DNA from: Candidatus Aldehydirespirator sp.
GTDB taxonomy: Bacteria; Actinomycetota; Acidimicrobiia; Acidimicrobiales; Aldehydirespiratoraceae
DNA length: 64,000 nt
Reading direction: 5' to 3'
Assembly: GCA_965221185.1 (NCBI GenBank)
Contig: OZ244866.1
Span: 534,901 to 598,900, forward strand
Below the pieces are notes generated by a model. That model saw nothing but the letters and a program-made list of their open reading frames with translations, searched no databases and had not been told where the DNA came from. This document shows positions 61,785-64,000 of the stretch, one piece after another; position 1 is the first letter of the stretch, and every line of letters begins with the position of its first letter. Both the position numbers and the translations under genes were made by a program.

Positions 61785-62726
61785 TCAGCCCAGCGGAACA
61801 TCGGGGCCGCCGCACGCGCTCCACAGGCCGCGACCGACGGCTACGGCATCCGCCTGCGCGCGGGCCAGGACGTCGGCGTAGTAGTCGTTGGGCGGGTAGT
61901 TCAACACCGCGGCGTAGCCGGCTGCGACGAGTTCCAGGTTCACGAAGAGGCCGTCACGGGATCGCACCACATATCCCAGGAGGCGGTCGTAGACGTCTCG
62001 GGCTTCCACGTCGCGCACCAGCGTTATCTCGGTCCCGGCCGGAAGCATCTCCTCGAGATGCAGCGATGCCTCCCTGCCGAAGCATTGCACTGGCCGGGTG
62101 GGCGCCACCGACTCGGGAGTGTCGATGCCGATGAGACGCACCGTCTCAAGACGGTCTCCGATCATCACGTTGAGCGTGTCGCCGTCGACGACACGCTCAA
62201 CGGTGGCGTTGGGAGCCCAGTCGTTCTCGCCGTTCCGGGGAACGGCTGCGTCGCCGCTGGCCGTGGACTCTGCCGGTGGATCGCGTGCGCTAACGACGAC
62301 ACCGGCGCGTTCCGAGGCCCCTGTCGCGGCCCTATCGCTGGCCACGTCGGCAGGGTCGCGGGTCCGGGTGCTGCATGAGCTCACAAGCACCAACACGAGG
62401 GCGCTTGCCGCATGCCACGACGTCAGCGATCGGCTGCGCCGCGGATTGCCACCGCCAGTGCAGCCAAGTGAGGCGACCAGCCCGCTGAGCGGGAGCCTCG
62501 CCCGTGCTTGCAGCCGTGGTGGCCGTTGGCGTGTGGTCCGCAGCCGTGGTGGCCGTTGGCGTGTGGTCCGCAGCCGTGGTGGCCGTTGGCGTGTGGTCCG
62601 CAGGCGTGGTGGCCGCTGGCGTGGTGCCCGCTGGCGTGTGGTCCGCAGCCGTCGCGGAGTGTTGGGAGCTAGTGATTGGGGTGATCGAGACCTCATGACG
62701 CATGCTCTCCTCCGCGAGGCCCCCAT
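61785..62726 (-). CDS. Secreted/lipoprotein thermonuclease (SNase-like); 5-prime end and reading frame upstream of the signal peptide are ambiguous
   Basis: The SNase core is VVDGDTLNV..VRLIGIDTPE..GREAS..DRLLGYV. A lipobox-like ALVLVLVSSC precedes it. No canonical start lies between the 30-bp repeats and the signal peptide. Confidence 0.6.
   Translation of the reverse strand: MGASRRRACVMRSRSPQSLAPNTPRRLRTTRQRAPRQRPPRLRTTRQRPPRLRTTRQRPPRLRTTRQRPPRLQARARLPLSGLVASLGCTGGGNPRRSRSLTSWHAASALVLVLVSSCSTRTRDPADVASDRAATGASERAGVVVSARDPPAESTASGDAAVPRNGENDWAPNATVERVVDGDTLNVMIGDRLETVRLIGIDTPESVAPTRPVQCFGREASLHLEEMLPAGTEITLVRDVEARDVYDRLLGYVVRSRDGLFVNLELVAAGYAAVLNYPPNDYYADVLARAQADAVAVGRGLWSACGGPDVPLG
62511..62657. 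repeat. 30-bp tandem repeat: three perfect units (cagccgtggtggccgttggcgtgtggtccg) plus about 1.5 degenerate units
   Basis: Direct reading of 62511-62540, 62541-62570 and 62571-62600 (identical), with degenerate units to about 62657. Two minus-strand frames stay open across it. Confidence 0.9.
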
Positions 62727-62800
62727 GGGCCGCTGCTTTGCAGATAACCGGTGGCCGACGGCCGGTGCTCGGCCGCGGCGATGGGCGCTCGCGCCAGCGA

Positions 62801-62995
62801 TCAGGCTGCGGCGGGGAGGTCGCTGCCACCGACGGTAGCGGTGCGGGCAGGTGTACGGGCGGCCTGCAGGGCTTTGCGGGCCCGGGCCACGCCGCGCCTG
62901 CCGATGTCGCAGGTGGTGGCGTCCAGTTGCCAGTCCTTCTGCGAGTCGGGCTGGCCGGGGGGAACGACGTCTATGAGAACCAGTTGATCGGTCAT
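62801..62995 (-). CDS. Small hypothetical protein (64 aa)
   Basis: ORF with high third-position GC (MTDQLVLIDVVPPGQPDSQKDW..). It is divergent from the LLM gene, 38 nt away. Confidence 0.4.
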   Translation of the reverse strand: MTDQLVLIDVVPPGQPDSQKDWQLDATTCDIGRRGVARARKALQAARTPARTATVGGSDLPAAA

Positions 62996-63033
62996 GTAGA
63001 CATGATGGCCAGGGGGTGTGACATCCTGTCCGA

Positions 63034-64000
63034 GTGACTCAGAACCTCTCCCAGCGACACGGAATCACAGTGCCCTTCGCGGGCCCCCTGCACGCCCAGC
63101 GCCAGCACTTCGAGGATCTCGCCGACTTGGGCTACACCGACGTCTGGTCGTCGGAGTCCAACGGCTTCGACGGCCTCACCACCCTCGCTCTCGCATCGGT
63201 GTGGGCGCCCAGCTTGCGGCTGGGCACCGCGATCCTCCCCGCCTACACGCGCGGCCCGGCCTTGATGGCCCAGTCGGCCGCGTCGCTGGCCTCGGCTGCG
63301 CCGGGCCGTTTCGTGCTCGGCATCGGCACATCGTCGGAGGTCATCGTGTACGGGTGGAACGCGGTCTCCTTCGACCGGCCCTACCAGCGGGTGCGAGACA
63401 CGATCCGCTTCCTGCGAGCGGCCCTGAGCGGGGAGAAGGTGACCGAGGAATACGACACCTTCTCGGTGCGGGGCTTCAGGCTCGGTGTGAGCGTCGAGGA
63501 GCCCGTGCCGATCATGGTGGCCGCTCTGCGGGAGCGCATGCTGCGGCTCGCGGCTCGCGAAGGCGACGGCGCCATCATCAACTGGCTCTCGGCATCCGAC
63601 GTAGTACGCGTCTGCGGCATCGTCAGAGATGAAAGCCCGACAGCCGAGGTCGTGGCCCGGATCTTCGTGCTGCCCACCACGGACCGGCAGACGGCCATCA
63701 CCGCCGGACGGCGATTGCTCGCGGCCTACATCAACGTCCCGGTTTATCGAGCCTTCCACACCTGGCTCGGACGGACGGACGCGCTCGGCGAACACTGGGC
63801 CCAGTGGGATGTAGGCGACCGCAGAGGCTCTTTGGACAAGATCCCCGAGCAGGTGGTGGACGAGTTGCTGGTGCACGGTTCGCCCGACGAGTGCCGCCGT
63901 CACATCCAGCGCTTCGTCGACAACGGTGTGACCTGCCCGGCGCCTACCGTGCTGCCGGCGGAGGGCGTCGATGCCTTCGACGTGGTGAGGGCCCTGGCCC
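63034..64000 (+). CDS. LLM-class (luciferase-like) F420/flavin-dependent oxidoreductase, partial at the window end
   Basis: Not in the ORF track because there is no stop in the window. My translation from the GTG at 63034 reads VTQNLSQRHGITVPFAGP..LGYTDVWSSESNGFDGLT..FVLGIGTSS..MVAALRERMLRLAAREGDGAIINW. Confidence 0.7.
   Translation, partial: MTQNLSQRHGITVPFAGPLHAQRQHFEDLADLGYTDVWSSESNGFDGLTTLALASVWAPSLRLGTAILPAYTRGPALMAQSAASLASAAPGRFVLGIGTSSEVIVYGWNAVSFDRPYQRVRDTIRFLRAALSGEKVTEEYDTFSVRGFRLGVSVEEPVPIMVAALRERMLRLAAREGDGAIINWLSASDVVRVCGIVRDESPTAEVVARIFVLPTTDRQTAITAGRRLLAAYINVPVYRAFHTWLGRTDALGEHWAQWDVGDRRGSLDKIPEQVVDELLVHGSPDECRRHIQRFVDNGVTCPAPTVLPAEGVDAFDVVRALA

Noticed and set aside
62511-62657. 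The 30-bp repeats (also the 21-bp repeats at 4617-4722 and the 18-bp repeats at 35245-35307) as a possible CRISPR array
   Set aside because: The units are directly abutting with no unique spacers. They keep the reading frame (multiples of 3), lie inside coding regions, and no cas genes are nearby. The PD-(D/E)XK protein at 54933 is Cas4-like in fold only.
1-64000. tRNA, rRNA, tmRNA, RNase P or riboswitch elements
   Set aside because: Reading the intergenic regions, I saw no T-loop-like GGTTCGAATCC/GGTTCAANNCC boxes in a tRNA-sized context and no rRNA-like stretches. No leader is long enough for a known riboswitch upstream of the transporter or cofactor genes, except for the spacers already listed. 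A covariance-model scan would still be needed to exclude them.

Overview
High-GC (roughly 68-75% by hand counts) actinobacterial-type chromosomal segment with about 55 protein genes, many joined by ATGA/GTGA/TGATG start-stop overlaps. I saw no rRNA, tRNA, CRISPR array, transposase or integrase. Lineage markers read from the translations are mycothiol enzymes (Mca, DinB/MDMPI-type), an F420-type LLM oxidoreductase, a DUF222-HNH protein and frequent GTG starts.

Content in order:
- partial ribokinase, ArfB and OsmC
- a minus-strand operon: cyclase, Rieske-less oxygenase, then a BMP-type ABC importer
- NfeD and flotillin
- several SDRs
- two tandem family-5 solute-binding lipoproteins plus DppBCDF-like components
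- a sirC-cobA-sulfite reductase operon
- IpdAB-like CoA transferase
- LMW phosphatase and AzlCD
- a Ski2-like helicase, an MFS transporter and a P450
- a DrrAB-like ABC-2 exporter
- NUDIX and a family III CoA transferase
- a DUF222-HNH protein
- a second (non-gyrase) type IIA topoisomerase encoded A then B
- a Cas4-like nuclease
- an orphan ParA with a tail-anchored partner
- a split MgtE-type channel plus PhoU/TrkA-C
- Mca, SCP2 and a YdjC-like protein
- a thermonuclease carrying 30-bp tandem repeats
- a partial LLM oxidoreductase

The stand-out is a 2.06-kb low-GC islet (29861-31924). It has a near-consensus, apparently leaderless promoter driving an ABC/AAA_21-type ATPase translationally coupled to an RloB/Toprim-like protein. 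This is an AbiL / RloAB / split-OLD / PARIS-like two-gene anti-phage candidate with no mobility genes.

Other points worth a second look are a dispersed 50-56 nt intergenic repeat family, a Rieske-less oxygenase, a frame ambiguity in the nuclease gene and the atypical topoisomerase pair. All functional calls come from motifs I read in the translations; no database search was possible.
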